Shown here one piece after another: positions 1-10,300 of a stretch of 64,000 bases of DNA (its first letter is position 1; each line of letters opens with the position of its first letter). Position numbers and translations under genes: made by a program. The notes under the pieces are model-generated. The model worked only from the letters and a program-made list of their open reading frames with translations. It searched no databases and had not been told where the DNA came from. Source of the DNA: Opitutaceae bacterium (lineage in GTDB: Bacteria > Verrucomicrobiota > Verrucomicrobiia > Opitutales > Coraliomargaritaceae); contig JBPOFY010000005.1 of assembly GCA_051252375.1 (NCBI GenBank), positions 64,001 through 128,000 on the forward strand. The letters run 5' to 3'.

Positions 1-203
1 TTCACCTGCTGCATTAGCCCCGCAACCCGAATTTCGAAGAATTCGTCCATATTAGAGCTCACAAAGGCCAGAAACTTCATTCGCTCCAGAATCGGGTAAT
101 CCTCCGACTCTGCTTGCTCCAAGACACGCCGATTGAATGCCAACCAGCTAAGCTCTCGGTTGAAATAGGGGAAACGGGTGGGATTGTTACGTTTGATTGG
201 CAC
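1..203 (-). CDS. ppk1: polyphosphate kinase 1, N-terminal part (runs off the window start)
   Basis: Manual translation from GTG at 203: [63 protein letters not shown]. This carries the NRELSWL.FN.RVL and SNxDEFF.IRVAGL motifs of PPK1. Not in the ORF track because it is truncated. Confidence 0.92.
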   Translation of the reverse strand, partial: MPIKRNNPTRFPYFNRELSWLAFNRRVLEQAESEDYPILERMKFLAFVSSNMDEFFEIRVAGLMQQV

Positions 204-386
204 GGCAGATGTTGTAATTAAGCGCTCACTCTCGCTTATAATGCATGGTTAAAGCAAGCATGACCCCCACTTTGTCATACAGATTTAACACAAATGCCAC
301 ATTTCGTATTTTTAGCAAACTAACGCAAGAGGGTTGCAATACCTAGAAAAATCCCAATGATAGTCCTCACTCATCCAATAAATATC

Positions 387-596
387 ATGAAAACAACATA
401 CATCATCTCTCTAATTGCAGCCGCACTTTTCTTTGCTGGTTGTGCGTCTAATAAAACTGCAACCTCCGAGCCAGCTCCTCAAGCTGCACCAACAGGTGAA
501 GCGGCAACTGCTAAGACAGCCTACGAAGGTTCCACTGGTTCCGGTCTCCTCATGGAGCGTTACAAATCAGGTAGCATCGAAGGCTATCGCGACTAA
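387..596 (+). CDS. small lipoprotein, function unknown
   Basis: MKTTYIISLIAAALFFAG-C: basic N-terminus, hydrophobic stretch and lipobox FAGC; followed by a terminator. Confidence 0.7.
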   Translation: MKTTYIISLIAAALFFAGCASNKTATSEPAPQAAPTGEAATAKTAYEGSTGSGLLMERYKSGSIEGYRD

Positions 597-616
597 TTGA
601 TCGCTTAGATTTTTCT

Positions 617-651
617 AAAAGCCGTCCTTCTTATGAAGGGCGGCTTTTTTT
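617..651 (+). terminator. Rho-independent terminator
   Basis: aaaaGCCGTCCTTC-ttat-GAAGGGCGGC-ttttttt. Confidence 0.85.
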
Positions 652-718
652 GTTTCATCGTCGATTAGCGGGAAACGTCTTCATGCAATCGAGGCTTAGG
701 GAAGGATGAGTTAGGCTC

Positions 719-814
719 TGGAGGGAAACGCTCCGTCGTTTCCGCACGTATGAATTGCGGTCAGACCATTTCTAGCGCCCCTGGCGAACGGCAATGACGG
801 AGCATTGCCCTCCA
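719..814. repeat. inverted pair of REP-like palindromes (TGGAG-GG-N4-GCTCCGTC-N4'-CC family)
   Basis: 719-745 tggagggaaacgctccgtcgtttccgc and 789-814 cggcaatgacggagcattgccctcca; same family at 40567, 59344, 59387, 60895 and 60951. Confidence 0.8.
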
Positions 815-860
815 AGTATTCCCGGAATCTAATCACCAGTAAATGGCTATGACCACCGAC

Positions 861-892
861 AAAAAAGCACCCCCGTTGCCGGAGGTGCTTTG
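861..892 (-). terminator. Rho-independent terminator of htpG
   Basis: aaaaaaGCACCCCCG-ttgc-CGGAGGTGC-ttt; the A-run gives a U-tract on the minus strand. Confidence 0.75.
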
Positions 893-920
893 ATGTATAA
901 AAGGACTCTGAGGTGCCTGT

Positions 921-2792
921 TTACTTCGCGCTCAACTTTTCGAGGATCTCGTAGTTGCGCTGAAGCATCGCGGAAGGGTCTTCGAGCAGACCAGCCGCGA
1001 CACGTGCGTTGTCGAGAATCTGTTGGCTGATCAATGTCGCCAACTCGCCATCGCTTGCGCTTAAGCTAGACAAGTTCTTGACCAGTGCGTGACGTGGGTT
1101 GATCTGAAGCTTCACAGGCGTGTCTGTGTCAGGCATGCCGCTTTGTTGCTGCATCGCCTTCATCATCTTACGCATCTGTGCGGTCATCATCTTGTCCGCG
1201 TTCACGATCATCGCTGGGCTGCCGACGAGACGCTCACTCGTGGTGACTTCGCTCACTTGATCGCCGAGCTTTTCCTTTACGAATGCACAAAGTGCTTCGC
1301 CGCTGTCTTTGTCGAGCGCTTCAGGTTTGTCGGTTTCGGTGTCTGGAGCGATTGCATCGAGATCGATGTCGTCGTTGTCCGCAGAAATGAAATTCTTTTC
1401 TTCGAACTGACGTGCGTGATTCATCACAAACTCATCGATCGGCTCAAACAAATAGAGCACCTCGATGTTGCGTGCCTTGAATGCCTCCATGTAGGGACCG
1501 GTTTCGATCGCCTTGCGGTTTGAGCCGGAGAGATAGTAGATCTCCTTTTGACCTTCAGGTGCACGAGAGAGGTAGTCCGCGAGGCTCGTGGTCTTGCCAT
1601 CTTCCGTGTAGGAAGACTCGAAACGTAGAAGCTTGAGCAAGTGGTCGCGGTGAGTGAAGTCAGTGGTCACACCTTCCTTCAGGAAGAGACCGAACTTTGA
1701 CCAGAAATCATCATACACTTCAGGCTCTTTCTTCGCCTTTTCTTCCAGCATCTTGAGGAAGCGCTTGGTGATCACTTTGTTTAACTTCTGGATCAGCGTG
1801 CTGTCCTGCATTGATTCACGCGAGATGTTGAGCGGCAAGTCTGCGCTATCCACCACACCACGCACAAAGCGGCACCAGTCGGGGAGCAGGTTCTTCGGCT
1901 CGCTATCGATCAGCACCTTGCGGCAATAGAGTGAAACACCTGGCTCCATACGACCAAAGCCGAAGCCTTCCATGTTTTCAGTCGGTGCGAAGAGTAGGGC
2001 GTTGATCTCCAACGGCGCATCCGCCGAGAAGTGTAGCCAGAAACGAGGATCGTCCATAGCGTTGGCCTGGAACTTGTAGAACTCTTTATATTCCTCTTCC
2101 GTTACGTCGTTCTTGTTCTTCAACCAGATCGCTTGCACGGTGTTGAGCACTTCGCCTTCCACCTTCACGGGGAACTGCACGAAGGTGGAGTATTTCTTGA
2201 TGATTTCCTCGATACGGTCCTTCTTCGCGAAATCCTTATATTCGTCCTTCAGCGCGATCTCGATACGTGTGCCGCGGCGCTCGCCCTCGACGGTTTCGAT
2301 TTCGTAAGCGCCGTCGCCATCGCTCGACCAGCAGAGGCAATCGCCCTCAGTTTTCCAGCTGCGAGTGTAAACTTTTACCGAGTCAGCCACCATGAAGACC
2401 GAGTAGAAACCCACACCGAATTGTCCGATCAGGTTTTCGTTGCGCTCGCCTTGTTCCTTCAACGCGTTGAGGAAGGCTTTCGAGCCAGAATGGGCGATGG
2501 TGCCAAGGTTCTCGATCAACTCATCGTGCGTCATGCCGATACCGAAGTCCTTGATCGTGATCGTGCCCGCTTCTTCGTCAGTCGTGACTTGGATTTCGAG
2601 GTCCAAGCCATCGTCGAAGACATCCGACTCTGTTAACTGGTTGTGACGCAGCTTTTCAGTCGCGTCCGATGCGTTGGAGATCAACTCACGAACAAAGATT
2701 TCTTTATCCGTGTAGAGTGAGTGGACAACAATATCGAGGACTTGTTTGACCTCGGCTTGGAACTCATGGCGTTCAGGTGCTTTTGTAGTCAT
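921..2792 (-). CDS. htpG: molecular chaperone HtpG (Hsp90)
   Basis: [14 protein letters not shown], Dx[22 protein letters not shown] and DLPLNISRE Hsp90 motifs; 623 aa. Confidence 0.97.
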   Translation of the reverse strand: MTTKAPERHEFQAEVKQVLDIVVHSLYTDKEIFVRELISNASDATEKLRHNQLTESDVFDDGLDLEIQVTTDEEAGTITIKDFGIGMTHDELIENLGTIAHSGSKAFLNALKEQGERNENLIGQFGVGFYSVFMVADSVKVYTRSWKTEGDCLCWSSDGDGAYEIETVEGERRGTRIEIALKDEYKDFAKKDRIEEIIKKYSTFVQFPVKVEGEVLNTVQAIWLKNKNDVTEEEYKEFYKFQANAMDDPRFWLHFSADAPLEINALLFAPTENMEGFGFGRMEPGVSLYCRKVLIDSEPKNLLPDWCRFVRGVVDSADLPLNISRESMQDSTLIQKLNKVITKRFLKMLEEKAKKEPEVYDDFWSKFGLFLKEGVTTDFTHRDHLLKLLRFESSYTEDGKTTSLADYLSRAPEGQKEIYYLSGSNRKAIETGPYMEAFKARNIEVLYLFEPIDEFVMNHARQFEEKNFISADNDDIDLDAIAPDTETDKPEALDKDSGEALCAFVKEKLGDQVSEVTTSERLVGSPAMIVNADKMMTAQMRKMMKAMQQQSGMPDTDTPVKLQINPRHALVKNLSSLSASDGELATLISQQILDNARVAAGLLEDPSAMLQRNYEILEKLSAK

Positions 2793-2910
2793 AATCGTGT
2801 ATTCGTTGTATTTTATAGTTGGTTTAAGAAAAGAGAAGCGGGCGAAGGTAGAGAGAGATTCGAAAAAATCAAGAGTTGTGATTTTTTTGGATTAGGAGGA
2901 GTCTATAGGT

Positions 2911-3303
2911 ATGAAACACACATGTTCCTGCCTAGTTCTCTCGTTGGTCATCGCCGCTTTCGGTCTACAATCCACGGGTTGCGTGGCAATCGTCGCTGGA
3001 GGTGCTGCTGCCGCTGGCACAGCCTATGCCTTAACCGATCTTGAATTTCATGTCGATGCCACTGCCAAGCAAGTCGGTGCCGCGATCATCGCAGGTGGTC
3101 GTGATATGCGCTTAAACTATATTTCTGGAGCTGGCGATGAACTGACCGGTAAATACTCCTTCCGAACCGCAGATGACCGGAAAGTGACCGTTACCTACAA
3201 AAGAAAGAGTGATATCTTCATCACGGTAAGCATCCGCGTGGGTAACCTAGGCGACGAAGCGCTCACCCAGCAAATCAGCCAAGCTATTCAAAAGCGACTT
3301 TAG
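2911..3303 (+). CDS. DUF3568-like lipoprotein
   Basis: Signal with STG-C lipobox, then GCVAIVAGGAAAAGT and C-terminal SIRVG.LGDE..., resembling DUF3568. Confidence 0.6.
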   Translation: MKHTCSCLVLSLVIAAFGLQSTGCVAIVAGGAAAAGTAYALTDLEFHVDATAKQVGAAIIAGGRDMRLNYISGAGDELTGKYSFRTADDRKVTVTYKRKSDIFITVSIRVGNLGDEALTQQISQAIQKRL

Positions 3304-3608
3304 GTCTCTGTGGCGCTGGGGAGGTCATGCCCCGTGGGAAAGTGTTTAGTGCAGGGGGGTGACTGCGTCTTGTCGGCTCAGTGGCTTCAGGGCCTGCGTC
3401 TGCAATTTTATCAGATTATAAAATCTTCAGTAGTTAGATATTGTAGCTTAAATCTTTATTCAGGCCTTCCAGAGGCTCCTTGAAAGTATGCCTAATACTC
3501 GAGATTATGTGTTTTCTGTATATAATCTAAAAAAATCGATGTTTATACAAATTGAGTCATTACGCACTTTTTCGAATATCTGTTAAATAACCCTATATAA
3601 ACGTTCAT

Positions 3609-6551
3609 ATGAATAAGATCACTCAAACTACCTCTCTGCTAGCTGCAGGACTGCTCGTGGGCACTCTGACGGCGCAGACGACATATACCTGGGATCCTGA
3701 TGGCAACCAAACCAGTGACGGCGGTGCCGGCACTTGGGACACTGCCACCTCTAATTGGGACGACAATGGCTCGGCTCCCAATACAATTTGGGTCGACGGT
3801 TACAATGCCGCTTTTGGTGATTCCGGTGCTGCCTATCAAGTCGATCTCACCAGTGCGGGTGTCACTGTGGGCGATCTGACCTATGCTGGTGGCAACACAT
3901 TGGAGTTTCGAGGGGCAACTGCTGCGGGTTCACTCGCTGACGCAATCACCGTCAATTCGGGTGGTGCCACATGGGATACCGGCGGCGGTCAGATCTTATT
4001 TTACAATGTCAATAATAACAATAACACGCGGCTGGCGATGACCAGCGGTGACACCCTTACGATCAACGGAGGGGGCACATTTCATACGGGAGTCAACCCA
4101 CAGAACAATGTGAATGGCACTTGGGGAGTTAGTGGAGCTATCCTTGATGTCACAGGAACCACAACAGTCCGTGGGGATAACCTCACTGTCGGGCAGTTTG
4201 CTACAGTCAAAATGGCTGACGGTTCGAGATTCATCCACGAGCGTGACACTGATCGAACATTTGCCAACGCTTACGCAAACGATTGGGTTTTGGGAGCTGG
4301 AACGGTGACTTTCGACAACGGAAAGCAGAGAAATTACCACCTCAGCGGTGATATCTCGGGAGCTGGTGGGTTGAAGGCTGAATTTATGGCTAACAGAGCA
4401 CTTATCCTGACTGGAACCAATACCTTCACCGGGGGTGTCGAAGTCAGTACATCATCGATAATTCAAGTTTATAACGCAGGTAGCTTGGGCGATGCAGCCA
4501 ACGGCATCACACTAGTCAACGGAGGAATTCTTAGATTAAACGGAGTGGACCTTGGAAGCACCCGTGATATTCTTCTGAGTGGCACCGGCGGTTCTATTGT
4601 GAACGATTCCGCTGCCAACGAATTCGGGGGCAAGATTACAGGTGACGGCAATTTTCAGATTGGCAATGCTCTCTTTAATACGCTTTCCAATCGATTCAAA
4701 CTGACTAGCGATACGTCGGATTACACTGGCAGCACCACGATCCACAATGGCTCGCTCGAGCTTGGAATTAATAACGCAATTCCAAGCGGAACTGTCCTCA
4801 CGATCGGAGGAAATGCCAGCACGGCGCAGATGTTCATGGAAGGTTTCGATCTCGAAATCGCTGGTCTTGTTAGCACGGGCGGTAATACCAAACAATTCAG
4901 CAGCACGGCAGCTAGTATTCTGACCATCAATGTCGCGGACGGAGAAACTCACAGCTATAATGGTAATGTCGTTGGCACTGCTGGGAACGTCAGTATTTTG
5001 AAAACTGGACTGGGCACTCAAAACTTCAATCGAGCGAGTGGCAATACGTCGTTCATTGGGGGCATTTCAGCCAATGCAGGCACTTTGCTTTGGGACGTTA
5101 ATGGCAACTCGGGCGCAGTCTCTGTAGCTTCAGGCGCCACTTTACTTATCGGCAACAGCGGCACCTCTGGTGGTGTCGGCACAGGTGTCGGCGCAGCCAA
5201 TGCTGGTGATGCCAATATTGCTAATGAGGGCTCGCTTAGCATTCTACGCTCAGCCGCTTTCGCCTATGATGGTGTGATTAGTGGCGCAGGTGATGCGACT
5301 TTCACCGCAGGTAATGGCGCAGTGACACTCAGCCAAGTTCAGACCTACACTGGCAATACGACGATCGATAAAGCCGTCTTGACCGCACAAATGGTGAATG
5401 CGCTTTCAGCGGATTCAGCGGTATTTCTCGGTGCCGCCGCCGGAGGTGGTACGTCCGTCTTCGAAATGAACGGATTTGATCAAGAGATCGGTGGCTTGGC
5501 CATTGTCCCAGGCACCCATACCCGGGCAGTTGATAACAATGGACTCGGAACTGATGTGACACTCACAATCAATGTGGCTACTGGCGAGAGCTATGCCTTT
5601 AACGCCAATGTCCGAGGCACGGATACCATTAGTATCGTCAAGTCTGGCGATGGAACACAGACCATCAACCGATTCGGTGGATATACCACTCCGCTTGGTG
5701 ACCTAACAGTGACTGCCGGTGAACTGATTTGGAGCACGACTAACCCTGCAGCCCTTACGGGTGCGGTGGATGTTACTGGAGGCAATCTCGAGGTGACTGA
5801 AAGCCTAAGCGTCACCAACTTCACACTGGCTACAGGCGCGACTTCATCCTTTGTCTTCGAGGTCACCGACTGGGCGGGTGTCGCCCAGACAGACTTCAAC
5901 CAGGTGGCTGCCTCCGGCACATTTTCGGTTGCCGATGCAGCTAGCTACACCGTCGTCGTAGACGATGCGAACCTTACTGGCTTCGTGGATTCCACTCAAA
6001 GCTTCATCATCGCCACTGCCCCCACGATGAGTGCGACAACGGCCGAGTTCGGGCTCGACGCCACCGCCTTCACGCTCGGATCTGGAGGAACATGGTCCCT
6101 TGATGTTGTGGGCACCGATGTGGTGCTTACATTCACTTCAACTGCAGTCACAGGTTACGCCGCCTGGTCCGGTGGAGCGGACTTCGATGTTGATACCAAT
6201 GGCGACGGCGTGGACAATGGTTTGGCCTTCTTGCTCGGTGCTGCCGACGTGAATGCCAACGCCATCGACCTTCTGCCTACCTCCACAGAGAGTGGCGGGG
6301 ACCTAGTGATGACCTTCAGCGTGCTGAATGCCGCAAACCGCGGCACCGCAGAGCTTGCGATTGAGCACAGCAACGACCTCACTGGTTTGTGGTCTACCGC
6401 AACAACGGTTCCTGAGACAAGCAGCACAGTTGACGACATTGTCTTCGCGGTCACTCCTGACGGCGACATGAATGACGTGATCGCCACGATCCCGTCGACA
6501 AAGGCTGCCGGTGGTAAGCTCTTCGGCCGTGTGGTCGGAACCAATCCGTAA
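3609..6551 (+). CDS. secreted protein with autotransporter-associated beta-strand (PATR) repeats and Verrucomicrobia-type C-terminal domain, 980 aa
   Basis: Sec signal; repeats such as LILTGTNTFTGGVEV, LTSDTSDYTGSTTI and LSQVQTYTGNTTI; G/T/N/S/A-rich; C-terminal YAAW...DTNGDGVDN...SNDL..W...KLFGRV; no beta-barrel. Confidence 0.85.
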   Translation: MNKITQTTSLLAAGLLVGTLTAQTTYTWDPDGNQTSDGGAGTWDTATSNWDDNGSAPNTIWVDGYNAAFGDSGAAYQVDLTSAGVTVGDLTYAGGNTLEFRGATAAGSLADAITVNSGGATWDTGGGQILFYNVNNNNNTRLAMTSGDTLTINGGGTFHTGVNPQNNVNGTWGVSGAILDVTGTTTVRGDNLTVGQFATVKMADGSRFIHERDTDRTFANAYANDWVLGAGTVTFDNGKQRNYHLSGDISGAGGLKAEFMANRALILTGTNTFTGGVEVSTSSIIQVYNAGSLGDAANGITLVNGGILRLNGVDLGSTRDILLSGTGGSIVNDSAANEFGGKITGDGNFQIGNALFNTLSNRFKLTSDTSDYTGSTTIHNGSLELGINNAIPSGTVLTIGGNASTAQMFMEGFDLEIAGLVSTGGNTKQFSSTAASILTINVADGETHSYNGNVVGTAGNVSILKTGLGTQNFNRASGNTSFIGGISANAGTLLWDVNGNSGAVSVASGATLLIGNSGTSGGVGTGVGAANAGDANIANEGSLSILRSAAFAYDGVISGAGDATFTAGNGAVTLSQVQTYTGNTTIDKAVLTAQMVNALSADSAVFLGAAAGGGTSVFEMNGFDQEIGGLAIVPGTHTRAVDNNGLGTDVTLTINVATGESYAFNANVRGTDTISIVKSGDGTQTINRFGGYTTPLGDLTVTAGELIWSTTNPAALTGAVDVTGGNLEVTESLSVTNFTLATGATSSFVFEVTDWAGVAQTDFNQVAASGTFSVADAASYTVVVDDANLTGFVDSTQSFIIATAPTMSATTAEFGLDATAFTLGSGGTWSLDVVGTDVVLTFTSTAVTGYAAWSGGADFDVDTNGDGVDNGLAFLLGAADVNANAIDLLPTSTESGGDLVMTFSVLNAANRGTAELAIEHSNDLTGLWSTATTVPETSSTVDDIVFAVTPDGDMNDVIATIPSTKAAGGKLFGRVVGTNP

Positions 6552-6833
6552 GCGTCCCCCGAAGAACTAAACGAATCTCAAAGCCCGTCTCCAATAGGAG
6601 GCGGGCTTTTTCTTTGTAGGCTTTACTCTACACAGACCCCAATCGTGACGATTGAGGCTACAAGTTTTATGCTTAACCAGGATCTGAATAATAAGCGCAC
6701 ATTAGCGAGAATCAGCGGTCTCCAGCTCTGCTGGACTCATTGTGGAATCTGAAACTTGTTCGATGGTGGAGTTTGACTACGAAAAACGCGAAAGTCGCGA
6801 AAGGGTGGTGGAGGGAAAAACTTAAAGCTGAAA
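6149..6833 (+). repeat. direct repeat copy 1 (~685 bp; copy 2 at 11667-12352)
   Basis: Base-by-base comparison: 3 substitutions in the 403 coding bp, all in the first ~40 bp; identical 6188-6660; a few differences and one indel further downstream. Confidence 0.95.
6580..6611 (+). terminator. Rho-independent terminator
   Basis: aaaGCCCGTCTCC-aata-GGAGGCGGGC-ttttt. Confidence 0.85.
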
Positions 6834-6960
6834 TCTGAGAGAGGAAATTGGGCTTCTCCGGAAATGTCGGGTCATTTATGCGTTCACTGATGGCAGTCGG
6901 GACGACTGCCGCTACCTGTACTGACTTACTTTGACCCCAATCGTAACGATTGAGGCTACA
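6635..6960. repeat. cluster of GTAG-type REP-like palindromes
   Basis: gaccccaatcgt(g/a)acgattgaggctaca at 6635-6662 and 6933-6960 (third copy 12153-12180); atggcagtcgggacgactgccgctacc at 6890-6916. Confidence 0.75.
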
Positions 6961-6990
6961 AATGCCGGAATTCCAGTGGTGCTAACTGAT

Positions 6991-7038
6991 AGCGTTGTAA
7001 GCCTCCCTATCTCAGTGCCTCAGTGTGAGACCCCAACG
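6991..7038. repeat. 48-bp dispersed repeat (second copy 14239-14286)
   Basis: agcgttgtaagcctccctatctcagtgcctcagtgtgagaccccaacg vs agcgttgtaagcctccttatcttcgtgcctctgtgcgaggttttaacg. Confidence 0.7.
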
Positions 7039-7341
7039 TCAGAGTCAGTCTTCCTCGTCGACGATCAGCTCCCAAAGCGCTAGGCGATGGCCCTATATCT
7101 CGCCGATGAAGCCAGTCCGTATTTGACTCAACGATAAAAAAAATTGTCATGAATCAACGCTACGCGACCTAATTTGGGCGTTATTAGTGAATGTTATAAA
7201 AATTACCCGAACATTCATTATATTAAATAATTCCTTCTAAGCCGTAAAGAACACTGGATTTACTTTGTTTTTATTTATCAGAGTTATAAAACTCATTTAG
7301 CACTTAGCCTGTCCACTAACTCATCAACCCCTGCAAATGTT

Positions 7342-10300
7342 ATGATTATGAATCGTTTCTACCCTGTTGCCGCCGCTTTTCTGGCGCTCTCCTCCTGCGC
7401 GTTCGCGCAGCTTACTTGGGATCCCGACACGGATCTAATTAACGACGGCGGTGCCGGCACTTGGGACACTACCAGCACATTTTGGGATAATGGCGGATCC
7501 AACGTGGTATGGGACGCCTCTGGTGCCACTGAAGCCATCTTCGGTGACGCCGGAGTAGACTACATCGTCGATATCGCCGATGGCGGCTTGTCGGTCGGTG
7601 ACCTGACTGTCGAGCCCGGTACTGGCAAAGTCTCGTTTCGTTCGGTAACCGATAATCTCGGGCAACTTAATATCGGCGGGGCTGGTGCCACTTGGGACAC
7701 TGGTGGCCGAGAACTTGAGCTCGTGAACGACCAAGCCAACGACACACCGGTATCCGTCGTAGGTACTGCCACCTTGGCCATCATCGGTGACGGTGAATTT
7801 GATACGGGTGAGAAGCCCAACGGGGCAAACTGGAACGTTCCGCTTGCCACACTGGATGTCCAGTCAGCCACCCTTGTCCGCGGCAACGTAGGCAGTATCG
7901 GCCAGTTCGCCACCGTCAAGATGGCCGACGGTTCTACCTTCAGCGCTGAGCGCAACTCCGATCAAACCTACAATAATAACTGGGAACTCGGCGCTTCCGC
8001 TACCGATAACACCAATTTTTCCCGCAGCTGGAATGCGCGCACCGCGACCTATGCGGGTATCGTCTCCGGCGCAGGTGGCATGACCATCGCGACTGATGGA
8101 AGCGGCTATTCGAGCTTCACTGGTGCCAACACCTTCACCGGTAAGGTCGTTATCAACGGCCGTATGCGGGTCACCAACGGCGCTATAGGTGTCGCGCCCG
8201 GATCCGTAGTGACTGACCAGATCACCATCGACGGCGGTCGGCTCAGTGGCCAAGACACCAGCATCAATATCAACCAAGGTATCACCGTCGGGGCAGGGGG
8301 CGCAACACTCTCGGCCGACGCCACATGGTTCAACATCGACAGCGTGATCACTGGCAGCGCCGGAGGGGATGTCACGATCACCGGTTCGGGTCGCACCGAA
8401 TTCCTCGGTGTCACCAACACCTATGACGGTCGCACCATCGTCGATGGCGGTGAACTTCGCATCAACAACGACGACAACCTAGGTGCTGTTCCCGGTGCTC
8501 CGGATGCTGACAACATCATCCTTAAAAACGGCGGCGAGATATACAGTGCAGGCGTCACTTACAACTCCAACCGAGGCGTCACCCTTGAGAATGGCGGCGG
8601 CTTCCTTCTTACCAGCGGCTCAAGCACCTACGGTGGCGCAATCACTGGCACCGGCGGCCTCCAGATCGGACGCGACGAATTTCTCGCCAATTTCTTTATC
8701 TTGACCTCCGACACCAGCGACTACACCGGTGGCACGCGCGTCCGTAGGGGACGCCTTCAACTTGGCGTCGATGAGGCCTTACCCGCCGACACCGTGGTCA
8801 CTATCGGTGGTGTTGGCGTCACCAGCGCTCCTTCAAGATTCCTCCTTGACGGCTTCTCACAAACAATCGGCGGCCTCGACACTATAGGTAACAATAACAG
8901 CCGCGACATGTGGAACGGCGAGGGCACCGGCGCTCCGGATCTCGGCAACACTGGCGAACTCATCATCAACGTGGCTGACACTGAGGCCTACGTGTTCAAT
9001 ACTACCTTCGGCTCCAATGCCGCCCAGGAAAGGGGCAACTTCAACCTAATTAAAAACGGGCTTGGAAGTCAGCAGCTCAATAACGTATTCATCGGTGGCA
9101 CAGTCACCATGAACGACGGCACCTTGCTAATCGGTAACAACAACGGTGGCGCCAACACTGGCGCGGTCACTATCACCGGTGGCTTGCTCCAAATCGCCGA
9201 CGACCTCACCGCGCCCTCGATCACAAACACCGGCGGCACGCTCAGCATCGGCAACGGCGGCACAGGCGGCACCATTGTCGGCGACCCTGCGCTCGTGATT
9301 GACGGCACATTGCTTTTCGACCGTTCCGACGCCTTAACTTACAGTGGCGACATCTCCGGTCTCGGCGGCATCCAAGTCGATGGTGGCGGCACCATCACCC
9401 TCACAGGTACCAACACTTTCACCGGCGCTGCCGACGTGATCGATGGCATCCTGATCGCTCCTACTGCCGCGTCCCTTCCAGACTACAGCAAGATCAGCGT
9501 CGCTGCCAACGAGCGCTTCGAAGTGCCCTTTGACGGTGCTGCTTGGACCTCCGCGAACATCGCTTCCCTATCTAGCACCGCCAACTGGCTCGACCCGAGC
9601 GCCTATCTCGCTCTTAATATCTCTGCCGGTCCTATCTCGCTTGCCGACGATGCGAGCGGTCTCCACGGACTCTGGGTCCAGGGTGGCAGCGAGCTCACCC
9701 TTGGCGCAGCTCAGACTTACACTGGTCCGACACGGGTTTTTAGCGGCACCATTAAGTTGACTGGCGACAACCAGTTGCCCGCAGGCACCCAGCTCACCCT
9801 CGGCGGTAGCGGAACCAGCGCCTTCGACCTAGCGAGCTTCAACCAGACGATCACCGGGCTCGATACTCAAGCGTTCAACACCCGCTTCATCGACAACACC
9901 AGCGCCTCGGCTTCCACCCTCACTATCAACGTTCCGGCTGACACCGCCTATAGCTATGGCGCCAACATTCAGGAAACAGGCACCGGTGCCATCAACATCG
10001 TGAAAACCGGCGATGGTGAGCAGGGCTTCGATAAGACCACTGTTACCAGCTATACTGGCAGTGCCACAGTTACTGCCGGCACGCTCGGCTTCCGTTCCCC
10101 TGTGCTTGACACCACCTTGATCTCCGTGGCCACTGGCGCCACGTTCAGAGTCGACGCGGGTGACGTCAGCGAGTGGCTGATGACCGATATCGACACTCTA
10201 TTCGCCAACGCGACCTTCACCGCGGGCTCTTCGCTCGGTGTGCGGACCAATGACGATGCCTTCGATTACACTTCGAACATCATCGGCGATATCGGCCTAA

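Noticed and set aside
198..212. Sigma-54-like TGGCACG upstream of the small lipoprotein
   Set aside because: The -12 GC is missing (ATGT) and the site overlaps the ppk1 start.
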